From assembly GCA_964013405.1 (NCBI GenBank), contig CAXGWI010000135.1, positions 1 to 10,038 of the forward strand: DNA of 10,038 nucleotides, written 5' to 3'. The notes beneath the pieces are model-generated. The model was not told the origin of the DNA, made no database searches, and saw nothing but the letters and a program-made list of their open reading frames with translations. This DNA comes from an uncultured Myxococcales bacterium (GTDB lineage Bacteria; Myxococcota; UBA4151). Shown one piece after another: positions 1 to 7,056 of this stretch; position 1 is the first letter of the stretch; each line of letters begins with the position of its first letter. A program made the translations under genes and the position numbers.

Positions 1-1652
1 TCCGCCGGTGGGACAAAGCTGAACAAGGAGAAGATCTGATCAACGGTGCTGTACTTGTCTGAATCAAGCGGCGTGAACTCGTCGAAGACCCGGCGGGCCT
101 CCTCCAAGCTCGGCGTAAAAACGGTGAGGGGGTCCGCGTTGACGCTGAAGCGTCGGTCGATCTCGTCCCGGAGCACCAGCGATTCTTGATGGTCGGGGAG
201 CAGGGAGCGACTGGAGTAGTTGAAGTCGACCCGGTGGGCCTGGCTGATGAGCCCCACCGCGATGGCTGCGGCAGCGACCAGCAGAATCCAGGGGCCGGGA
301 ATTCGCCGTTCTTTGCCCGTTTGCCCGGCTTGTTCCAAGGGGATGAAGCCGACGAGCTCCCGGGCCCGTCCGGGGCGGCTGCGTTCCAGGACCATGAGCA
401 GCGCGGGGCACCATGCGTAAATGCTGAGCACGACGAGAAGGATGCCGACACCAGCGATCAGGCCGAATTCCGAAAAGCCTTTAAAGCTCGACAGGGTTAA
501 GATGAAGAAAGCCGAACCGGTCGCCAGGGCGGAGATCATCGAGGCTTGGCCTGAGCCGATCACCGCTTGTTGTAGCGAGACTTCGATGGGGCGGTCGTGG
601 CCAAACTCCTCCCGGAGTCGGTAGAGAAAGTGGATGCCGAAATCGATGCCCAGGCCCATGAGGATGGCGGCCATCATGCCGGTGATCATGTTCAACTCAC
701 CGATGGCGATGGCGGCGAAGCCGAAGGTCATCGCCACGCCAACGAGGAGACCGGAGAGGACGAGCAGGATACTTCCCGCCTTGCGCCCCAAAAAGAGCAT
801 CAGAACGAAGGCGATTCCGCCGAGGGCAACGAAGCTAGTGGGCACGAGGGCGGCATTGATCAGCGCCGCATTGTCCGAGTTGATCTTGTAGGCCCCGGCG
901 AAGCCATACTCGATTCGGGTGGCCTTTTCTGAGGGCTTACCGTCGTAGTCTTCCACCAGCTCCAAGTCACCTTTGGGGCCCTTGTAGGCCGCGAAGTCGG
1001 CTCTTAAACCTTCGATCAGCGCATCGGTCTTCTCCAGTTCATTGGTGTCCCATGTGGGGCGAGCGACCAAGAGAACCATTTCTTGGTCATCGCTGATGTA
1101 GAAGTCGTCTGCGATGCTTTTTCGCCCCACGCGACGGTACTTGTCGATGATGGGCTCAAGGTTCACTTCATAGGGTTTGGTTTCCTCAATCTCGAAGAAG
1201 AACGGGCTTGCTCGCCGGATGACATCCTTGATTTTGGCCGAGACCTGGCGCCGAACCTCCTCCAGATCTTTCGTCTTCATGTAGAGGGGGGCCCGGTCCC
1301 GAATGAACCACGCGGGCATCCGGTAAACGACGCTCCGAAAGTCGGCTTTACGCTCGGCCATGAGCCGCTTTGAGAGGCCTTCAGCAGCCTCTTTTAGGCG
1401 ATCTTTATCGGAGCCTCTTAGGCCGATGAGCAGATGGCCTGAGCCACCCAGGATATCGATCAGGCGCCGAACATCTTTTACTTCTTGGAACTCCGGATCG
1501 ATGAGATCCAGCTGGTTGGTGTTGACGGTGATGAGGGCTTTGGCTGCAAAGCCCGATCCGACGGCAAGGCTGGCAAGAAGGGCGAGGGTAAAAAGGGGCC
1601 GTTTAAGAATGAGCCCGAGATAGCTTGAGACCAGCCGGTGTAGAAGGGTCAC
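1..1652 (-). CDS. MMPL/RND-family inner-membrane transporter (HpnN/MMPL-like); about 550 N-terminal codons present, 3' end beyond the left edge
   Basis: Not in the ORF track because there is no stop in the window. Hand translation from GTG at 1652 (GTGA overlap with the upstream TGA at 1649-1651) gives MTLLHRLVSSYLGLILKRPLFTLALLASLAVGSGFAAKALITVNTNQLDLI..., a large periplasmic loop, then a TM bundle with the MMPL/RND TM4 motif GLGIDFGIH (630-656) and 'SALATGSAFFILTLSSFKGFSEFGLIAGVG'. The second half begins 'VDFNYSSRSLLP'. The frame is open to the window edge. Confidence 0.9.
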   Translation of the reverse strand, partial: MTLLHRLVSSYLGLILKRPLFTLALLASLAVGSGFAAKALITVNTNQLDLIDPEFQEVKDVRRLIDILGGSGHLLIGLRGSDKDRLKEAAEGLSKRLMAERKADFRSVVYRMPAWFIRDRAPLYMKTKDLEEVRRQVSAKIKDVIRRASPFFFEIEETKPYEVNLEPIIDKYRRVGRKSIADDFYISDDQEMVLLVARPTWDTNELEKTDALIEGLRADFAAYKGPKGDLELVEDYDGKPSEKATRIEYGFAGAYKINSDNAALINAALVPTSFVALGGIAFVLMLFLGRKAGSILLVLSGLLVGVAMTFGFAAIAIGELNMITGMMAAILMGLGIDFGIHFLYRLREEFGHDRPIEVSLQQAVIGSGQASMISALATGSAFFILTLSSFKGFSEFGLIAGVGILLVVLSIYAWCPALLMVLERSRPGRARELVGFIPLEQAGQTGKERRIPGPWILLVAAAAIAVGLISQAHRVDFNYSSRSLLPDHQESLVLRDEIDRRFSVNADPLTVFTPSLEEARRVFDEFTPLDSDKYSTVDQIFSLFSFVPPA

Positions 1653-2209
1653 TTCTTACTCTTCACCTTCTTGAGGCGGGTCTCCATCTTGCTGAGAAGC
1701 AGGTCCCAGCCGCCCTTTTTCATCAGCGGTTGGATCTGTTGTTCCCGGATTCCCAGCAGCATCCAGTCACCCATCACTTTGACGTCGACGATCTTCCAGC
1801 CTTTGCGGTTGGCCAGACGAAAGGTGACCTTCATTTCCTTCTTCTTCAAGGCGTGCATCAGCACCACGTTGCAGGGCAGATCGAGATGGGGCCCCGCAGC
1901 GACGCCTTTGGCGCAGACGATGGACTTGAGGTGCTCGAAATTTTTACGAATTTTGGGAAAGGCGAGCCCGGCGAAAAGGCCCTGGAAGTTTTGGGTGAAG
2001 CGCTGTCGCTGCGCCGCTTTGGCCTGGCTCCATTGGCCTTCCAGCATGCGTTTGCCCTGGTCGTCGCCGGCCAAGAGTTGCAGTGCTTTACTGTCCCGTT
2101 CGTAGCGCACCAACTTGACGAGCTTCTTCACGCTCTTCTCTTGGGGACTACCGGCCCCCAAGGCCGGTGCCCCGGATAGAACCATCGCAAAGAGTACTAG
2201 TCGTGCCAT
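1649..2209 (-). CDS. MlaC/Ttg2D-family (HpnM-like) periplasmic lipid-binding shuttle protein, 186 aa
   Basis: N-terminal signal peptide (MARLVLFAMVLSGAPALG). Family-like motifs 'WSQAKAAQRQRFTQNFQGLF' and 'GWKIVDVKVMGDWML...REQQIQPLMKKGGWDLLLSKM' (compare MlaC WKxxDvxxeGvS..rxQf). GGAGG Shine-Dalgarno just upstream of the ATG. Confidence 0.8.
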   Translation of the reverse strand: MARLVLFAMVLSGAPALGAGSPQEKSVKKLVKLVRYERDSKALQLLAGDDQGKRMLEGQWSQAKAAQRQRFTQNFQGLFAGLAFPKIRKNFEHLKSIVCAKGVAAGPHLDLPCNVVLMHALKKKEMKVTFRLANRKGWKIVDVKVMGDWMLLGIREQQIQPLMKKGGWDLLLSKMETRLKKVKSKK

Positions 2210-2321
2210 GTAACCTCCATCAGGAGCCTCAACGATCTATGCCCCAAGGGATTCAAGGTCAATCACCATCCCTTGACAGGAAGGCCGCTGCAGATTGTCA
2301 TCCGGGTTGGAGGCAAGGTCC
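2210..2321. promoter_or_regulatory. Divergent promoter region with a candidate sigma70-type promoter for the VWA gene and inverted repeats
   Basis: TTGACA at 2273-2278, a 17-bp spacer, then TGTCAT at 2296-2301 (4/6 match to TATAAT). Perfect 8-bp inverted repeat CAAGGGAT (2245-2252) / ATCCCTTG (2268-2275). GGAGG motifs face both start codons. Confidence 0.4.
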
Positions 2322-3551
2322 ATGGAACTCAAGGCGCTGGTTGCACCGGCTCCCTATCGATCAGGGGGCGAACTCCTGATGGTTGAGGCGAGACCGGAGA
2401 CCATTGCCGCAGGGGAACGACCGCCCCTGCATCTCTGCGTCGTGATCGACCGGAGTAGTTCCATGTCGGGCCGGCCGCTGTCGTTGGTTGGTCGAGCCGT
2501 GCAGATTCTCAGCGCTCGCCTACAGGCCGGGGACCATCTGGCCCTGGTGCTCTTCGACGAGCGGGCGGAAGAGGTGCTGCCCATGACGTGCCTTGATGGC
2601 TCTGATCTCGAAGGTCTGGAAGAGTGGATTGGCCCCATCCGAATTGGGCAGGGGACCGACCTTGAGGGCGCCTTGGTGGTGGCTGCCCGCACCTTTGAGG
2701 GGCAGTACATCCGGGGCGCCCAACGACGAATCTTACTCATCAGCGATGGCTATCCGCGCAATGGAGCAACCCAGATCGGTCAGTTCCGCAACCTGGGCAA
2801 TCGCTTGATGGAGCAGGGCGTGAGCGTCTCGTCGGTTGCCTTGGGCGAGGAGGCGAACCACGCCATCCTCGAAAGCGTGGTCGGGCCCGGAAGCGGTAAC
2901 TTTTATGCGGTGCAGGACAGTGGGGGGCTTGCGGGGGCCTTGGCTGCGGAGCTCGACGCCGCCCGTTCGGCCGTCGCCATGAGCGCCGAATTGTATATCG
3001 AGGTCGGCCCGGGGCTCAAGAGTCTCCGCTTGCTCCAACAGTACAGTAACGCACCTCATGCCGAGGGCTTGGTGGTTCACTTGGGGCCCATCGCAGCCGG
3101 CGTGCCCCGGGTGGTCCTCGGTCAGGTGGACACCGACTCGGACCAGCGGATGGGCTCAGTGAAGCTCTTTTGGCAGGGGATGGGGGGCAAGGAGGCTGTG
3201 ATTACGCCCATCGAGCGAGTCAGCGAGATGGACGCATCGGCCGAGCGCTTGTTGCGCAAAGAAATGGGCCTGCTGCACATGATGACGGCCGAAGAACATT
3301 ACTGGCGTTGGCAGGATCGGGATCCGGCCCGAGCCCGGGGCTACCTCTCGAAAGCGAGAGAGTGGCTGAAGGTGCTCCAGACAGAGCATTTGCTGCCCTC
3401 GGATCTCCTGAATCTGCACCGGATCCGACTGTCCGATGCCGCCGATCTATCGGAGCAAGGTCAGCCCATGGGGCTTTCCGGTCAGTTCGCCATCAGTCGT
3501 TCGCCCCGGGCGTTGCCGGCCCCGGGACAGGGTGACGACCTGTCGTCCTAA
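2322..3551 (+). CDS. von Willebrand factor type A (VWA) domain protein (YfbK/'Ca-activated chloride channel homologue'-like), 409 aa, cytoplasmic
   Basis: Complete MIDAS: 'LHLCVVIDRSSSM' (DxSxS), 'GQGTDL' (T) and 'ILLISDG' (D), plus the typical 'RPPLHL' lead-in and a 'G.G.FY' motif. The start is moved from TTG 2295 to ATG 2322 because GGAGG at 2309-2313 lies 8 nt upstream. No signal peptide. Confidence 0.85.
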   Translation: MELKALVAPAPYRSGGELLMVEARPETIAAGERPPLHLCVVIDRSSSMSGRPLSLVGRAVQILSARLQAGDHLALVLFDERAEEVLPMTCLDGSDLEGLEEWIGPIRIGQGTDLEGALVVAARTFEGQYIRGAQRRILLISDGYPRNGATQIGQFRNLGNRLMEQGVSVSSVALGEEANHAILESVVGPGSGNFYAVQDSGGLAGALAAELDAARSAVAMSAELYIEVGPGLKSLRLLQQYSNAPHAEGLVVHLGPIAAGVPRVVLGQVDTDSDQRMGSVKLFWQGMGGKEAVITPIERVSEMDASAERLLRKEMGLLHMMTAEEHYWRWQDRDPARARGYLSKAREWLKVLQTEHLLPSDLLNLHRIRLSDAADLSEQGQPMGLSGQFAISRSPRALPAPGQGDDLSS

Positions 3552-3633
3552 GGGTTCCGAAGGGAGTGAGGGCCCTGGGCTACCTTTGAAAAATGGGGTC
3601 ACCGGTGAATCCGTCGTTCGCCCCCGAGCGCTT

Positions 3634-6600
3634 CTATCGAGAGACCTGTGGAGGGGGAGGGACCGGGTATGGCGATAGGGCATCAGACCATGGATTCAGC
3701 ATCTCTCCTTGATTATCTCCCCAGCAGTACCATTGACCGGAGTTGGTCTTTGCGCAGCTGTTGAGCGTACTGGCGATGATGGATGTCGCCCGGTCGCCGG
3801 CCAGTGGCAGACCAAAATTAATGGGAGTTTCTGCTTCATCCACTTGAGGGTCTTCGCCCAGTACGTTGCCCGTAGGCGAGCCAAAGCAGAGAACGTGCCC
3901 GTCGTCCCGCAGCACGCAGGTGTGGTGTTGACCACAGGCTACATCGATAAGGCGGTCGGAGCTTAGATCCCAGCCTTCGCCTTCATGACGCACGTCCGCC
4001 CAGTTTATGCCGGGCCCACTATGACCCAGCCGGCCGTCGCCACCTCCGTCGCCCCAGCAACTCAATCGACCGCTCGAGTTGAGGGCACAACTATGCCGTT
4101 GACCGACGGCGATGCGAACAATCTGCTGGCGATGGTTGTCCGCGGGATGGCTGGGGCCGGTGACCAATATTCCAGTCTCCGGTTCAAGATTAGCTTCAAA
4201 AACCCAATTGGTTTGTCGCTGATCATTCCGCCCCCAACACCAAACGTCCCCTTGATCGTTGAGTGCGCAGTTGTGGCTTTGGCCACTCTCCAGTTGACGC
4301 CAGTTGGCCCGGGGGGGGAGTCCATCAACGGCCTCCAAGCCCGTCTGCTCATTTCTTGCGACGCCCAGGGCAGACGGTGCGGCACCCATGCAGGCGATCC
4401 GTAGGTCGTCATCGTCGAGCCGACCCCAGAAACAACTATGTTCGCCGCCGGCCGAGGCCAGCCGGACCTCCGTGATCCCTTCCAGGCGGGTGGGTTCCAG
4501 AACACAGTACCATGTCTCGTTTTCGTCGTTTTTGCAGATGAAGCCTGCATCGGCCGGATTGAGGCCGTCTAAGATCTGGCCCATGTGATTGCGGCCCCAG
4601 CCCCAGGCTCTTTGCGCCGAGTCAATGATCCAGGCCTGCGAACTGTAACTGCCACTGCGAAGGGTCACGATGTCCCCGAGGGCTAGGGGGCCAAAGGGGC
4701 TGTTTGAGTCCGCCAGCGCGACCGGCTCTCTCGCGGCCGTCCGGCGCGGCACGTCGACAGGATTTTCTGGCTGGCCAGGGGCGTCTGCGGGCACCATGCC
4801 AAGTTGACCTGAGTTGGAATGCCCCTGGCCCACGAGCGCAAGGTCGAAGTCTTCAGCCACGATCGCGCCCACGCCCGCGGCGATGTCCGCGCCGGTGGGC
4901 CAGTCGCCAAAGTAGAAAAGAGCCCAGCCGCTCAAGAAGAGGCGGTCGTTCGGGCCCTCCAGTTGACAGTCGCCATCGCAGCCGTCGCCGTTGGCCCGGT
5001 TGAAGTCGTCGCAGTTCTCACCGTCAGCGACGATGCCGTCACCGCAGCCCGAGCTGCCCATGGCCCGTCGCTGGATCGGCTCGGGCACGACTCTCGGGTC
5101 AACACAGGGCTCGGCCGGTGCTGCGTCCGGACAGCGGTTGGTGGCCTCATCCACCGGATCGTCGCTGACGAGCGCGATGCCTGGGGGACGGTACCAGACC
5201 TTCAACAGCTCGGCGTCACTGCGGTTGTTGCCAGCAAAGGTGATGCTGCCCTCGCCCAACAGGCTAGGATCATCCCGGCCCCAGTCGTAGAGATCCACCA
5301 GGGCCGCAGCCGTGGCGTTGCCAGTCAGGGTGTTGCCGGTCAGGCTGAGTCGTCCACTGGCCACAGCCAGGATGCCCACGCCCACGGGGGTCTGGGCCTC
5401 GGGACCGCCTTGGGCCGGGTTCCGTGTGTTGGTGGCGTGATTGGCATTGGCCGCCACCTGCGAACTCATGCCGTCCAGGGAGATGCCAGCTTCCAAGGCG
5501 CTGTCGATGGTGTTGTTGGCAAGGTTGAGTTGGTTGTCGGCGCCGGAGAAGCCCTCGGCGTGGATGCCCCGGCCCCCGGGGCTGTTGATGCTGTTTCGTG
5601 AGACGGTGGTGTTGCTACAGGCCCGCAGGCGAACGCCCACTCGGCCCACCCCAGAGATCTCGTTACCGGAGATGGTCATCGAATCGCCGTGGAAGCCCTC
5701 GACAGCGATGCCATCGAAACCGATGGGGCCAGCGAATGTGTTGTCCTGCACGGTCCAACTGCCGATGGCCTCGCTGGCAAACATTGCGGAGCCGTCGATT
5801 GCGCCAAAGGCGTTGCTAGCGATCCGGAAGCCCGAGCCACCGAAGTCGATGATGCTGATGCCATCGAGTCCGATGGGTCCCAGGAAGATATTGTCCTGGA
5901 CGGTCCAACTGCCCAAGGCCCCCTGGATATCCATCGCTGTACCTGCGATCTCGTGAAAGGTATTCTCGCCACTGATGCGAAAGCCGGAGCCACCGAAGTC
6001 GATGATGCTGATGCCATCATGTCCAATGGGACCGAGGAATGTGTTGTCTTGGACGGTCCAACTGCCCAAGGCCCCTTGGATATCCATCGCTGTACCTGCG
6101 ATCTCGTGAAAGGCATTCTCGCCACTGACGCGAAAGCCGGAGCCACCGAAGTCGATAATGCTGATGCCATCGTGTCCAATGGGGCCTAGGAAACTATTGT
6201 CTTGGACGGTCCAACTCCCGAGGGCCTGTTGGCTAGAGACCCCGTGACCACCGATGGCGGCAAAAGTCAGTCGCTCCAGCGCCACATCACCACCCTCGTG
6301 GACGGAGATGCCATGGCTGGCATCACTGCTCGTGAGATGAAGATCGGCGGCTGCGAGCGCACCGGAGCCACTGACTTCGACGAGGGCCCGTCCGCCAGCG
6401 GCGCCCGTGATATGCAGCCACGCGAGACGGAGTTGGCCCCCTTGTTGTTGGACCAAGGGAGCATCTTGGCTTTGTAAGGTGACGGCCCCTTCACAGCTGC
6501 CGATGAGTGTGAGGGGGCGCGTAACGGCACCCAGCTGCAGGGGCCAGGTCTGGGCCTGGGCCGCGGCAAAGAAAACGACGACGGGGCCTTCCCCTTCAGG

Positions 6601-6876
6601 CAGGGCGCTGAACTCGCCCGCTGGGCTTTCGGCACTCTGGCCGTCCCCTGCGGCGCCAGCCCGAACGAAGACCTGTTGGGCCCCTTCTGCTTGGGCGAAA
6701 GGATGGTCAGTCCGAAACTGGTTGCAGCTGTCTCCGTTGCCCACGGGTCCTGCGTCGATAAGCGGGCTTCCCGCGTCTTGGGTCACCGGGAGCGCCCCGG
6801 GTAAATCGAGCGCGAAACGACAGCCGGTAAGGAGCAGCAGCGGTAGACAAAAAGGTGCGCTTCGAGACCATGCCAT
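3634..6876 (-). CDS. Putative surface lipoprotein (paralog B, 1080 aa): right-handed beta-helix + Myxococcus Cys-rich repeat + RCC1/BLIP-II-like propeller
   Basis: Lipobox LLTG-C19 (Cys codon 6820-6822), DAG linker, PbH1-like coils (ISGNEISGVGRVGV, VSRNSINSPGGRGI, LANNTIDS). Cys-rich repeat CGDGIVADGENCDDFNRANGDGCDGDCQLE (4957-5046). RCC1-type blades 'LESGQSHNCALNDQGDVWCWGRN', 'IAVGQRHSCALNSSGRLSCWGD', 'VACGQHHTCVLRDDGHVLCFG'. Confidence 0.85.
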   Translation of the reverse strand: MAWSRSAPFCLPLLLLTGCRFALDLPGALPVTQDAGSPLIDAGPVGNGDSCNQFRTDHPFAQAEGAQQVFVRAGAAGDGQSAESPAGEFSALPEGEGPVVVFFAAAQAQTWPLQLGAVTRPLTLIGSCEGAVTLQSQDAPLVQQQGGQLRLAWLHITGAAGGRALVEVSGSGALAAADLHLTSSDASHGISVHEGGDVALERLTFAAIGGHGVSSQQALGSWTVQDNSFLGPIGHDGISIIDFGGSGFRVSGENAFHEIAGTAMDIQGALGSWTVQDNTFLGPIGHDGISIIDFGGSGFRISGENTFHEIAGTAMDIQGALGSWTVQDNIFLGPIGLDGISIIDFGGSGFRIASNAFGAIDGSAMFASEAIGSWTVQDNTFAGPIGFDGIAVEGFHGDSMTISGNEISGVGRVGVRLRACSNTTVSRNSINSPGGRGIHAEGFSGADNQLNLANNTIDSALEAGISLDGMSSQVAANANHATNTRNPAQGGPEAQTPVGVGILAVASGRLSLTGNTLTGNATAAALVDLYDWGRDDPSLLGEGSITFAGNNRSDAELLKVWYRPPGIALVSDDPVDEATNRCPDAAPAEPCVDPRVVPEPIQRRAMGSSGCGDGIVADGENCDDFNRANGDGCDGDCQLEGPNDRLFLSGWALFYFGDWPTGADIAAGVGAIVAEDFDLALVGQGHSNSGQLGMVPADAPGQPENPVDVPRRTAAREPVALADSNSPFGPLALGDIVTLRSGSYSSQAWIIDSAQRAWGWGRNHMGQILDGLNPADAGFICKNDENETWYCVLEPTRLEGITEVRLASAGGEHSCFWGRLDDDDLRIACMGAAPSALGVARNEQTGLEAVDGLPPRANWRQLESGQSHNCALNDQGDVWCWGRNDQRQTNWVFEANLEPETGILVTGPSHPADNHRQQIVRIAVGQRHSCALNSSGRLSCWGDGGGDGRLGHSGPGINWADVRHEGEGWDLSSDRLIDVACGQHHTCVLRDDGHVLCFGSPTGNVLGEDPQVDEAETPINFGLPLAGDRATSIIASTLNSCAKTNSGQWYCWGDNQGEMLNPWSDALSPYPVPPPPQVSR
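5680..6225 (-). repeat. In-frame tandem repeat in paralog B: four GSWTVQDNxFxGPIGxDG units, spacing 153, 153, 150 bp in coding direction
   Basis: Anchor '(g/c)acggtccaact' recurs at about 5748, 5898, 6051 and 6204. Units 5898-6050 and 6051-6203 differ at 10 of 153 nt by hand alignment. Confidence 0.95.
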
Positions 6877-7056
6877 GGGCCGATGCTACTGGGCCCACGG
6901 GTCCTTGGGAAGGGGCCGACGCCTCCGAGGCAATGGTTGCGGGCCCTGGGCCCTCCGAGCCGGACCGCATCGAAGAGGTCGGCCTCTGCTTGAAGCGTTT
7001 CCTCTTCAGTTCACTTGCCGAAACAGATGGCCCGCTGTTCAGGCTTCTATCCCTGG

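Noticed and set aside
64..1623. Small ORFs in the track between 64 and 1623
   Set aside because: All overlap the MMPL/RND reading frame on the minus strand, which has clear family motifs.
1..2209. Assigning the gene symbols hpnN, hpnM or mlaC
   Set aside because: Only family-level motifs are visible, and no hopanoid or Mla genes are in the window to establish orthology.
2295..2321. TTG start at 2295 for the VWA gene
   Set aside because: ATG 2322 has a well-spaced GGAGG, whereas the TTG overlaps the candidate -10 element.
3552..3633. Terminator between the convergent VWA gene and paralog B; 10-bp palindrome TCACCGGTGA at 3599-3608
   Set aside because: No convincing GC stem-loop followed by a U-tract on either strand. 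The palindrome has no loop and could be chance.
4819..6189. Long + strand ORFs (4819-5601, 5441-5956, 5689-6189; likewise 8620-9390, 6407-7120, 7015-7656)
   Set aside because: Antisense shadows of GC-rich coding genes. Their repeats mirror the minus-strand repeat and they show no independent protein motifs.
5898..6203. Near-identical 153-bp repeat pair as a diversity-generating retroelement TR/VR
   Set aside because: Both copies are adjacent and in frame within one gene, the mismatches are not confined to adenines of one copy, and no reverse transcriptase is in the window.
5300..6400. Beta-helix as a pectate lyase or other polysaccharide-degrading enzyme
   Set aside because: No recognisable PL/GH catalytic signature (such as vWiDH or RxPxxR). 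The fold alone does not support an enzymatic call.
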